Below are positions 27,991 to 35,902 of a DNA stretch of 56,885 nt, piece by piece. Position 1 is the stretch's first letter; each line of letters opens with the position of its first letter. This DNA comes from a virus. Lineage: Duplodnaviria; Caudoviricetes. The DNA lies in the IMG/VR virus record IMGVR_UViG_3300049053_000087, positions 1 through 56,885 of that record, one strand, 5' to 3'. The notes under the pieces were generated by a model that worked only from the letters and a program-made list of their open reading frames with translations, was not told the origin of the DNA and searched no databases. The translations under genes and the position numbers were made by a program.

Positions 27991-28266
27991 TTAATCAATT
28001 GTTATGGGTTCCGCCAATGACAGGGTATTAGCATCAACCGGTATTTCCAATCTCTTAACCACAGCCTTTATGTCTTCAATGCTGACATTATTATCGAGTA
28101 TTGTATGATAAATCATATGGACTTTACCTTGATCCGTAATGATACAATCGGGAAAACCATCCCCCTCATCCGAAATAAAACTAAGGCGCTTAGATACATT
28201 CTCTAAAGTGTCATCTTCAAAAAATTGTGGGCTATGGTACCGGTGATATATCCCATAAACAGGCAT
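27991..28266 (-). CDS. hypothetical protein
   Basis: Part of a tight minus-strand cluster. Confidence 0.55.
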   Translation of the reverse strand: MPVYGIYHRYHSPQFFEDDTLENVSKRLSFISDEGDGFPDCIITDQGKVHMIYHTILDNNVSIEDIKAVVKRLEIPVDANTLSLAEPITID

Positions 28267-28292
28267 GATAATATTATTTCACCTAAAGCTAC

Positions 28293-28319
28293 AAAAAAGC
28301 CCTGCATTTCTGCAAGGCT
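28293..28319 (-). terminator. intrinsic terminator, minus strand
   Basis: Minus strand reads AGCCTTGCA-GAAA-TGCAGGGCT-TTTTT, downstream of 28361-28663. Confidence 0.7.
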
Positions 28320-28360
28320 GGTAAACTCTATTCAAAACCGGTACTAAGAAAATAAGTTAA

Positions 28361-28663
28361 TTAACAGGTGACCGCTCGTATGCGGTTACTTTGATTTAGT
28401 AATTGCTCCAAGATAATAGGTGGTGCATTCGCAACGGCTTCCTTCGGCCGGCTGATTGCTTTAACATTTACTTCAGCGGTGATGTGGTTGACAGGCTGAA
28501 CAGCTGGTGGATCAACCTTAATTGGCTGGCTTACCTCAATGGCTACCAGATCATAAGATTTCTTTACCAGTTCTGTCTTTGCCTTGCCATCATCCGCGGC
28601 ATACGAAGCAAATGTCCCACACCCGAAAGCTGCAAAAAGCACTACTGCAATAAATCCTTTCAT
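28361..28663 (-). CDS. exported protein, possible lipoprotein
   Basis: MKGFIAVVLFAAFGC hydrophobic leader with a lipobox-like Cys (alternatively SPI cleavage at SYA). Confidence 0.6.
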   Translation of the reverse strand: MKGFIAVVLFAAFGCGTFASYAADDGKAKTELVKKSYDLVAIEVSQPIKVDPPAVQPVNHITAEVNVKAISRPKEAVANAPPIILEQLLNQSNRIRAVTC

Positions 28664-28702
28664 GATGTTGAGTTTCGTGAATAATAGTTAAAGAAGTGAA
28701 AG

Positions 28703-28737
28703 TTATCAAAAAAAGCTATAGAGACTTAAAAAAAGCT
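28703..28737. promoter_or_regulatory. tandem AGCT-N7-AGCT-like sites
   Basis: TTAT-CAAAAAA-AGCT at 28703-28717 and GACT-TAAAAAA-AGCT at 28723-28737. Confidence 0.6.
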
Positions 28738-28762
28738 AATTTTATAACTAAAATATTGACTT

Positions 28763-29518
28763 ATGTCACAACAGTATAAGGCAGTTGCCGAGATCCTTAA
28801 AGGTGCTATGGCATCAATAAACGTAATTCTCGTTGGTTCGGAAGATGAAATGCACCGGGTAAAGCTCACCCAAACACTTCAACGCGAAGCCGATTACATA
28901 TTGCTGGTAACCGGTGCTGGCGATATCACCGATAACGCTGGCCCAGTATTGGGGCCCGCAACCACCATCGGCGGTAAGCCTATCAGTAAGCTACCGCGTA
29001 TAACCGAGCGTGATCTTCGGCCTTCTGATGATGCTGTGTTGAGTTTGAAAGAGCAGGTGGAAGATGCATTACATTACTTTAGCCCTGGTGGTAGTTCCGC
29101 CGGCATCTTGGCAAACATGCCTGATCTGGTAGTTCGTGGTGTGGCAAAGAAAGCGGGGCTAAAAGTAACTAAGGATCAACCAAAGGAACTCACGGTTGAG
29201 TTTATCGATGAGATAAAGGCGGCATTGCTGGAGAAGGGATTAACAAAACATGCTGAGCCTGCTGGTCCTTTGACAGAAGAAGATATTTCATTGGTGGCTG
29301 AGAAGATAGAAGAAGCTACTGAAGAAGTTAACAAGAAAAAAGCGCAGACAGAAGAAGTTGCCACTGATGAGGAAGCGGCTGAATTTGGTAAGAATGCCGC
29401 GAAGGATCTATACGACATGATCAAAGATGTGAAACCAGGTCAGACAGATCAACCAAAGATTGAAGAACCCAAATCCGAAGAATCAAAACCCGACCCCAAA
29501 AAGAAAGCTGGCAAATAA
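28763..29518 (+). CDS. hypothetical protein, acidic/disordered C-terminus
   Basis: 251-aa ORF heading the tail operon. Confidence 0.65.
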   Translation: MSQQYKAVAEILKGAMASINVILVGSEDEMHRVKLTQTLQREADYILLVTGAGDITDNAGPVLGPATTIGGKPISKLPRITERDLRPSDDAVLSLKEQVEDALHYFSPGGSSAGILANMPDLVVRGVAKKAGLKVTKDQPKELTVEFIDEIKAALLEKGLTKHAEPAGPLTEEDISLVAEKIEEATEEVNKKKAQTEEVATDEEAAEFGKNAAKDLYDMIKDVKPGQTDQPKIEEPKSEESKPDPKKKAGK

Positions 29519-30214
29519 ATGAAGATAAAGATCAACGGGCAAACATACGACCTACCGGCATCGCTGGCTGCCGTCACATTAAACCAGCGGATTGAATTTG
29601 ATAAGGTTCACGGCAAGACGCTGCGGGAGCTGTACAAAAAGATGGAGGAAGAAAAAGATGCGCTGCTTAAGGAAATGGCAGAAACCGATTACCATTTGTC
29701 ACTGGCCTGCCGGTCCCTAAGCTTCTTTGCCGGCATCCCGCTCGAAAGCGTGAACAACACGGCAATCGATGATGTGCTGGCTATCTACCATGTGACAATG
29801 AAAGGGTATGCGGAAGACTCCGACTTCACCAATAAGGAGTTTGTGTTGAAGGAAGAATTCGGATGGAAGGATGCGTTATGGACGATTGCACCACCAGAAC
29901 TGAAGAATGATAGCAAAATGACCTTTGGTGAGTTCATTACTTCAAAGCAGGTTGTTCAAAATATGATGGACCTGGGAGATGAGAAGTGGGGTGCGTTGTT
30001 ACCGTTATGCTGCATCTTCTTTCGGAAGAAGGATGAACCGTTCAATGAAGAATTCGTAACAGAAGGCAATGAGCGGCATGAGCTTATGAAATCACTGCCG
30101 TTGGAATTTGCGCTTCACGTCGCTTTTTTTTTGAACGCTTCACAAACTTTCTGGCTGAATACTTTCCAATATTCTGGGAAAGCCGGGGCCCAGCTGGTGG
30201 CCGATGGGTCATAA
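29519..30214 (+). CDS. probable tail assembly chaperone
   Basis: Acidic helical protein with a slippery T9 run (AFFL) near its 3' end. Confidence 0.65.
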   Translation: MKIKINGQTYDLPASLAAVTLNQRIEFDKVHGKTLRELYKKMEEEKDALLKEMAETDYHLSLACRSLSFFAGIPLESVNNTAIDDVLAIYHVTMKGYAEDSDFTNKEFVLKEEFGWKDALWTIAPPELKNDSKMTFGEFITSKQVVQNMMDLGDEKWGALLPLCCIFFRKKDEPFNEEFVTEGNERHELMKSLPLEFALHVAFFLNASQTFWLNTFQYSGKAGAQLVADGS

Positions 30215-30411
30215 GTCACATGGAACAGTGGGGATGGACCAATTTCCTTAAGGAGATCTCAAAGACCAAAGTATTCGATATGCCCGGTACCGGGATGAAC
30301 AGTATAGAATGTGCGAAGGCATCGAAAGCGTTTGATGTATTGATCTTCGCCAGTGAGGAAAAGCAGTTTAACGAGGCTCAGAATCTCGATTATGAAGCAA
30401 TGAAAAAGTAA
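30124..30411 (+). CDS. -1 frameshift extension of the chaperone (includes ORF 30220-30411)
   Basis: The -1 frame is open from the T run at 30124-30132 through to 30411. Confidence 0.7.
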   Translation, partial: FFFERFTNFLAEYFPIFWESRGPAGGRWVISHMEQWGWTNFLKEISKTKVFDMPGTGMNSIECAKASKAFDVLIFASEEKQFNEAQNLDYEAMKK

Positions 30412-30413
30412 AC

Positions 30414-30896
30414 ATGATACCATTTATTCAATCCAAAGTAGTAGTTAAAAACTCCAATGGTGATCAGGTTGTTAATGGGAATTGCTATCCAACGGCAATA
30501 GCCTGTATTTTGGGAATCCCACCTACCGATGTTCCAAATATTGAAACACTTTGGGACGTGGGTGTCAGCTTTGCTTATGAAGTAATGTTTAAATGGCTTC
30601 ATGAAAAAGGCTACAAGCTAAGAGATGTGGCCATGGAATACAGTGTGTTTCATGATGGTTCTGAAAAGATAAAGAACACCAATAATGAATATTATTTATC
30701 AAAGCTTTCCGTAGAACAAAAGGATGGGTTAAGAGCCGAATTAAAAGACAGGTTTTATTTGGTTTCTGGTAAAAGTCCTCGTGGAATATATCATGTATGC
30801 GTTTATCAAAACGGTATCATGGTCCATGATCCGCACCCCACTGGCGAAGGGATTGTTACCGAGGAAATTTTTGAAGTAATTGAAAAACTAAGTTAA
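30414..30896 (+). CDS. hypothetical protein, possible papain/C39-like Cys-His-Asp fold
   Basis: GNCYPTAIA.IL ... HVCVY....HDPHP. Confidence 0.5.
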   Translation: MIPFIQSKVVVKNSNGDQVVNGNCYPTAIACILGIPPTDVPNIETLWDVGVSFAYEVMFKWLHEKGYKLRDVAMEYSVFHDGSEKIKNTNNEYYLSKLSVEQKDGLRAELKDRFYLVSGKSPRGIYHVCVYQNGIMVHDPHPTGEGIVTEEIFEVIEKLS

Positions 30897-31504
30897 TGGA
30901 TGAACTACAGTTATACGGGAAAGATGGCCTATTCCACAACGTAGTGAATAAGTCTGCTGTTTTCGCCGGCCGTTACGGTGTATTGCCCAAAGGTGGCGGT
31001 GATCTCAATCAAAACAACATCCTGGCAGGTATAGAATTCCCGAAGGCGAAATATCCCGGTGTGTTCTGTTTGCCGCCTGTCTCTCAACTACCTGCAACCG
31101 TACAACAGGCACAATGGGAGTGTTTTACTTTCCGTTTGTTCTTCCTATGTACAACACATAATACCGGTGACAATCAAATAAAGTCACCTGATCCATCAAC
31201 GAACACATCGTTACATACTGTTCCCATGGATTGGAGCGATATGAAAACATTGGCGCTCAACTTTATGAATGCGCTGGAAAAGCTTCAAATGAAAATCATA
31301 AAGGAGTTCCGGCTGAAGCAGAATGAGCCATGGCGAATAGTTCGGTTGTCCAATGTACAAAACGATAACCTGTCCGGTGTAATGCTCCAGTTTCTGGGAG
31401 AGATCGCCACACCGTGTGAATTCAATGATATTCCCTATGACACTGAGACACTAAACGAAATTATTGCCGGCATGGCGCCGCCTCACCAAACACATTTTCA
31501 CTGA
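30896..31504 (+). CDS. putative tail terminator/completion protein
   Basis: Position, YP.V motif and beta-rich C-terminus NDNLSGV.L.F. Confidence 0.5.
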   Translation: MDELQLYGKDGLFHNVVNKSAVFAGRYGVLPKGGGDLNQNNILAGIEFPKAKYPGVFCLPPVSQLPATVQQAQWECFTFRLFFLCTTHNTGDNQIKSPDPSTNTSLHTVPMDWSDMKTLALNFMNALEKLQMKIIKEFRLKQNEPWRIVRLSNVQNDNLSGVMLQFLGEIATPCEFNDIPYDTETLNEIIAGMAPPHQTHFH

Positions 31505-31758
31505 TGGAAAATAAATCATCATGCACTGTTGCTTTGCCAGAATATACCTATATCGGTTGCGATGGAAAACCGCTTCCTAAAGAATCTGTGAAAGGGACCG
31601 AAACAAACCCGCTCGAACTTTCAGAGTTATCCGATGATCTTAAGCAGAATATAGCTGAGAAGTTTAAAGAGTTAAAAAAGAAGTGGCCCCACATGACACG
31701 CGACCGGTTAATGAGAAAAGCTGGTGAGTTCTATAAGATAAAATTCATTATCGAATGA
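31504..31758 (+). CDS. hypothetical protein
   Basis: Translationally coupled ORF. Confidence 0.55.
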   Translation: MENKSSCTVALPEYTYIGCDGKPLPKESVKGTETNPLELSELSDDLKQNIAEKFKELKKKWPHMTRDRLMRKAGEFYKIKFIIE

Positions 31759-32024
31759 CAATGCCACAAATAGCCGCGGCTATCCCACATGAGATCCGGC
31801 AAATGATATTGTTGGAATGGTTACCGGTAGCAAAGGCTTCAATGGGCAATGACGCATTTAAGGCATTGTATGAGGCCTATTTCCTTTACATCGATCCGGA
31901 TGGTGTACGTAAAGATAACTGTCCTTATTGCCTGGAAAACGTGCTGAAGAACTGGAAGAGCATGCAGAAGTATCTGGTGGATGCGGAGCAGGAATATAAT
32001 GTACTTGAAAATTTAACGATATGA
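31755..32024 (+). CDS. hypothetical protein (CPYC motif)
   Basis: Translationally coupled ORF. Confidence 0.55.
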   Translation: MTMPQIAAAIPHEIRQMILLEWLPVAKASMGNDAFKALYEAYFLYIDPDGVRKDNCPYCLENVLKNWKSMQKYLVDAEQEYNVLENLTI

Positions 32025-32224
32025 GTTACGATCAATGTCAATTCTGTGGCGATATCGCGTTTAAGACCAACGGTAAAGCCGAATCGATCTGCGAAAGCCG
32101 GGCTTATAGTGGCAAATGCAAAAAGGAAAAGCAGGCCGCTAAATCAGACAAGCCAAGCCGCAACCAACCGTGCCAATGTGGTAGCGGGAAAAAGTATAAA
32201 CATTGCTGTGGTAAAAACAAATGA
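32021..32224 (+). CDS. small SEC-C motif metal-binding protein
   Basis: SRNQPCQCGSGKKYKHCCG; ATGA overlaps at both ends. Confidence 0.85.
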   Translation: MSYDQCQFCGDIAFKTNGKAESICESRAYSGKCKKEKQAAKSDKPSRNQPCQCGSGKKYKHCCGKNK

Positions 32225-32712
32225 TCGGCGACACTACCATAAAACAAATTGACATTCACCTTCAGCTCGACCTGAAGAAAGAGCTCCGTGACCAGGGCCA
32301 CTACCTCACCGGTACCCTGGAACGTTCAATACAATCAAAGCAAACCACATCGGGTGGTAAGACTGTGATCGAAATAGAAGCGCTGGATTATGCCGACGAT
32401 TTGTTTGAAGGAAAGCCACCCGAACATATTGATCAATCTGATATTGCTGGTCTTACAGTTTATGCTCAAAAGCGTTTTGGCCTTTCCGGAAAGTCAGCAA
32501 TCAAGGCCGCGGTTGCCATCGCTCGTAAGCACCGTGAAGAGGGCATGCCGACTCAGAATTCATATCAGTTCAGTTCTACCGGTGAGCGGCTATTTGCCAA
32601 CGTTGAAGCTTATAATAAGAATGAGGCAGAGTATAACCAGTTCCTTGAAACTGGTGTGAGCAGTGAGATGGATGCATTCATCAATAAAATATTCGATCAA
32701 ACATATTTCTAA
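32221..32712 (+). CDS. HK97 gp10-like neck/tail completion protein
   Basis: TGTLERSI, Y.....G..P and AIARK...EG motifs. Confidence 0.6.
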   Translation: MIGDTTIKQIDIHLQLDLKKELRDQGHYLTGTLERSIQSKQTTSGGKTVIEIEALDYADDLFEGKPPEHIDQSDIAGLTVYAQKRFGLSGKSAIKAAVAIARKHREEGMPTQNSYQFSSTGERLFANVEAYNKNEAEYNQFLETGVSSEMDAFINKIFDQTYF

Positions 32713-34637
32713 TGCCAGTTACCCTTATAACATACCAACCTGCTACCGGCCAATTGATAGCGGCTTATCGGCCAATTGTATTCAAAGTGCAGGCCACGGC
32801 CACCGGTGGTGGAGTAACGCCGCCCTACGTTGTTTGTGACATTTACCTGGCAGATGTTTATTACAAATCGCTAATCCGTACCGCGGCCGAAAGCATTGAA
32901 AGTACATACAGTATATTTCAATTTAATATCTCAGATGCCCTTCAGGAAACCCTGCAGGCGGATCTCGCCACGATCAATAACAATAACCTACTGCAAGCGC
33001 CACACACCAGTGCGAAAGTATTTTGTCGGTTTCGTTCCAGTGATGTTGATGGGGATGGGTTTACTGTAGAGGAACCAACTGCACCGATACAGGGGACAAA
33101 GTTCGATGCACCAGTGGCAGGTACCGGAACACAATCAAATTCCTTCTTTGCGATTAACAGCGCTTTGCAGCATGAGGATAACCAGAACCTTGCCTTGCAT
33201 CTGGCTTCATTCAAACAGGGTGTCTGGGCTGCTAATGCATTTCCTTTAACTCACCGTAACCGCTACTTTTTCTGCGATGATGATAGTGATCATTTCCCGC
33301 TGATCTATACCGGCGATTGCGTTTCTGCTGATATTCTTTTGCATTACCGGTTGAAGGGCCAAACCAACTTTACCCTGGCTACCGCTCAGGATATCAATAC
33401 CTGTGCTGGTATTGGGTTTGCCACAAACATAACCGGCAACCAGGTTGGTGTTGATCTGGATTCTGCAGTACCTGCCGGCCAGAGCGTGCTGGTGCAGTAT
33501 AAAAAACAGGCCGATGCCGTGTGGATAGATGCCGGCACATACGCCACACAGAACTTTTCCTTTTACGTGAATGGGGATGATATCGCCGGTGACTATGATA
33601 TCCGGGTTGTTACCTTCTGTACGCCCTGCCTGTCTTCCGATCCTGAAACCGGAACATTTACATTGAGCGGTACGGTTATCAACGTAGCATGGCGTGGCAT
33701 AGATCCTTTCTGTGTCGTGCAAACTTTCGGGACACCTATATATGTTGAGTTGGAGGTTCGGGATATAACCTCAGATACAGTCGATCTTCCTGATAATATC
33801 AATCCTTTAGAAAGAACGACTACCTATTCGGGTAACCTTTATGCAATGTTCTTCAGTGATTACAACCGGTTAAATCCGGTAACAGTTACGCAGGACGGAT
33901 TGAAAGTCTTTGTTTTCAAAGATCAGCATATCACCTTCGTTGGTGCATTCTCATTCGAAAATTGGCAACAAACTGTTGACACCTATATCGTAGACGTAAA
34001 TGACACTGAGGTACTATTAGGCGTGGTAAACACTCAGATCGAGCATTACACGTATAATCCTTATCCGGCTGTAGACGGAACAACCAATACTGCCATCCAA
34101 TATTTGCCATATCCAACAAGGCTACTGGTTAGTGGTAATACGGGGGAGAAAGGTTTCAATACCCTGCAACAATATAATACGAGTACAGGGAATGCAACTG
34201 GCACCACAAAACCAAACGACATTGGCGATCCTGATTATATAGCACCAGGTCCGGATACAACCACATGCCCTAACGGTCCCGATATAACCACTGTAACTTT
34301 TGGAAGCTCGTTGTCAATTTACAATGTCAGGATGGCCACCGTGTTTAACACGTTCGCGAACCCTTTAATTGAATACAATACCGGTATTTATGATAACACT
34401 TATGGTGGAGGCTTCTCATTGGTTTATCCACTGGTGAAAAGTAGAATTTGGGGTGTAAGTGTAATTGCAAGAACGTTGGACGGTGGCAATACAAGTGGTG
34501 TTCTTAAATGCAGAATTACATATGTAGATGGTGGTGGCAATGTACAGGTTGCAACATTTGATGTGACGGATAACATCTATACGCCAATCCCGCAGAACTT
34601 CAACAACATTGTTAACATCGATATAAGCAATTATTAA
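32712..34637 (+). CDS. virion tail-associated protein with FN3/Ig-like modules
   Basis: Beta-rich, T/G/N-rich; VLVQYKK....WI...YDIRVVT.C FN3-like segment. Confidence 0.6.
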   Translation: MPVTLITYQPATGQLIAAYRPIVFKVQATATGGGVTPPYVVCDIYLADVYYKSLIRTAAESIESTYSIFQFNISDALQETLQADLATINNNNLLQAPHTSAKVFCRFRSSDVDGDGFTVEEPTAPIQGTKFDAPVAGTGTQSNSFFAINSALQHEDNQNLALHLASFKQGVWAANAFPLTHRNRYFFCDDDSDHFPLIYTGDCVSADILLHYRLKGQTNFTLATAQDINTCAGIGFATNITGNQVGVDLDSAVPAGQSVLVQYKKQADAVWIDAGTYATQNFSFYVNGDDIAGDYDIRVVTFCTPCLSSDPETGTFTLSGTVINVAWRGIDPFCVVQTFGTPIYVELEVRDITSDTVDLPDNINPLERTTTYSGNLYAMFFSDYNRLNPVTVTQDGLKVFVFKDQHITFVGAFSFENWQQTVDTYIVDVNDTEVLLGVVNTQIEHYTYNPYPAVDGTTNTAIQYLPYPTRLLVSGNTGEKGFNTLQQYNTSTGNATGTTKPNDIGDPDYIAPGPDTTTCPNGPDITTVTFGSSLSIYNVRMATVFNTFANPLIEYNTGIYDNTYGGGFSLVYPLVKSRIWGVSVIARTLDGGNTSGVLKCRITYVDGGGNVQVATFDVTDNIYTPIPQNFNNIVNIDISNY

Positions 34638-34646
34638 ACTGATTAT

Positions 34647-35336
34647 ATGCCTTATAAAAATAAAGAAGAAAAAAACGCAAATGCCAGGGCGAATTATGAG
34701 ATGAACAAAGAGGCAAAAAGGGCAAAGAACAGGGCATATTATCAGGCAAATAAGGAGAAAGAATCAGCAAGAAAAAAGAAATTTCATAAAATCAATTATC
34801 AAAATAATAAGGAAAAGCTGTGTAAGAAGGGGCGCGTTTACTATGCGAAAAATAAAAAAGTCCTTGTTCAGAAAGCTATAACGCGACAAAAGTCAAATCC
34901 TGAGAAATATTCAGAAATTAATAAGCGAACTATTAAAAAGAACTATTCGAAGAGAATGATAAGAAGGGCTGAGTATAGGAGTGCATGCAAGAATTATCGG
35001 CTCTCTGAGATATTAGGTGATAAACTTCGTGCAGCCATTCGTTCCAATTCAAATAAGTCAGGTAAAATAACTGAGCTTATAGGGATTCCAATATTGGATT
35101 TTAAAGATTATATACAAAAGTTATTTAAAGATGGAATGACTTGGGAAAATTGGGGTGAATGGGAGATAGATCATATTAAACCATGTGCTTCGTTTAATCT
35201 TTCAAATTCAGTTGAACAAAAGGAGTGCTTTCATTATACAAACTTTCAGCCCCTATGGAAGCGCGAAAATCAAAACAAGTACAGTTACCATAAAGGAATA
35301 AAGCATTCACACAAATCAAAAAGTGTATGGCAGTAA
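34647..35336 (+). mobile_element. free-standing HNH homing endonuclease
   Basis: Basic YY.KNK repeats, then GMTWENWGEWEIDHIKP...CFHYTNFQPLW..EN..K; more AT-rich than flanks. Confidence 0.85.
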
Positions 35337-35902
35337 CATTCTTATTACCCTCAGGCCCAAAGAATTTACAGAGCCTTTTCCCTGACGTTGAATTCAGCCA
35401 GGTGGAGGAATACTACCTGCAGATACAGGACCAGAACAGTCTTGAAGTACTGGCGACAACCAACCGGTTCAACAGGGCCTGTTGTTGCAATGAGGACACA
35501 TTCAGGCTGTTCTTCGTGAATTACCTGGGTGGCATCGATGCGCTCAACTTCCGGCAGATGACTGAAGATACGGAGGTTACCAGCACCAGCTGGAAGAAGC
35601 CAAATCAATATCCATTAGCCAAATGGGACGGCGGAAAGCAACGATATAATGTTACAAGTAACGAAAGCTGGGTTGCATTCAATAAATGCTTTCAAGAAGA
35701 GGATCAGGCATGGTTGAAAGAATTCATGGCCACTCCAAATGCCTGGATACAATGGTTCGGAACGCAGGGGCAGGATGATGATTATATACCAGTGTTGCTG
35801 AAGGATGGAAAATTCACCACACGAAAGTTTGAAGGCAGGTATGAATATGGTCTTCAGGTGGAAATTGAAATGGCAAACGATAATATTATTCTTCGTAACT
35901 AA
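35327..35902 (+). CDS. distal-tail-like structural protein
   Basis: F.N.LGG.D...F ... WL.EF..TP..WI motif; directly upstream of the hub gene. Confidence 0.55.
   Translation: MAVTFLLPSGPKNLQSLFPDVEFSQVEEYYLQIQDQNSLEVLATTNRFNRACCCNEDTFRLFFVNYLGGIDALNFRQMTEDTEVTSTSWKKPNQYPLAKWDGGKQRYNVTSNESWVAFNKCFQEEDQAWLKEFMATPNAWIQWFGTQGQDDDYIPVLLKDGKFTTRKFEGRYEYGLQVEIEMANDNIILRN

Noticed and set aside
28287-28301. Additional AGCT-N7-AGCC site
   Set aside because: Single site with no partner at 20 bp; explained by the terminator A tract and stem.
34638-35336. Group I intron around the HNH gene (also considered for the GIY-YIG at 50117)
   Set aside because: Flanking non-coding sequence is too short for a ribozyme core, and neighbouring genes have their own starts and stops.
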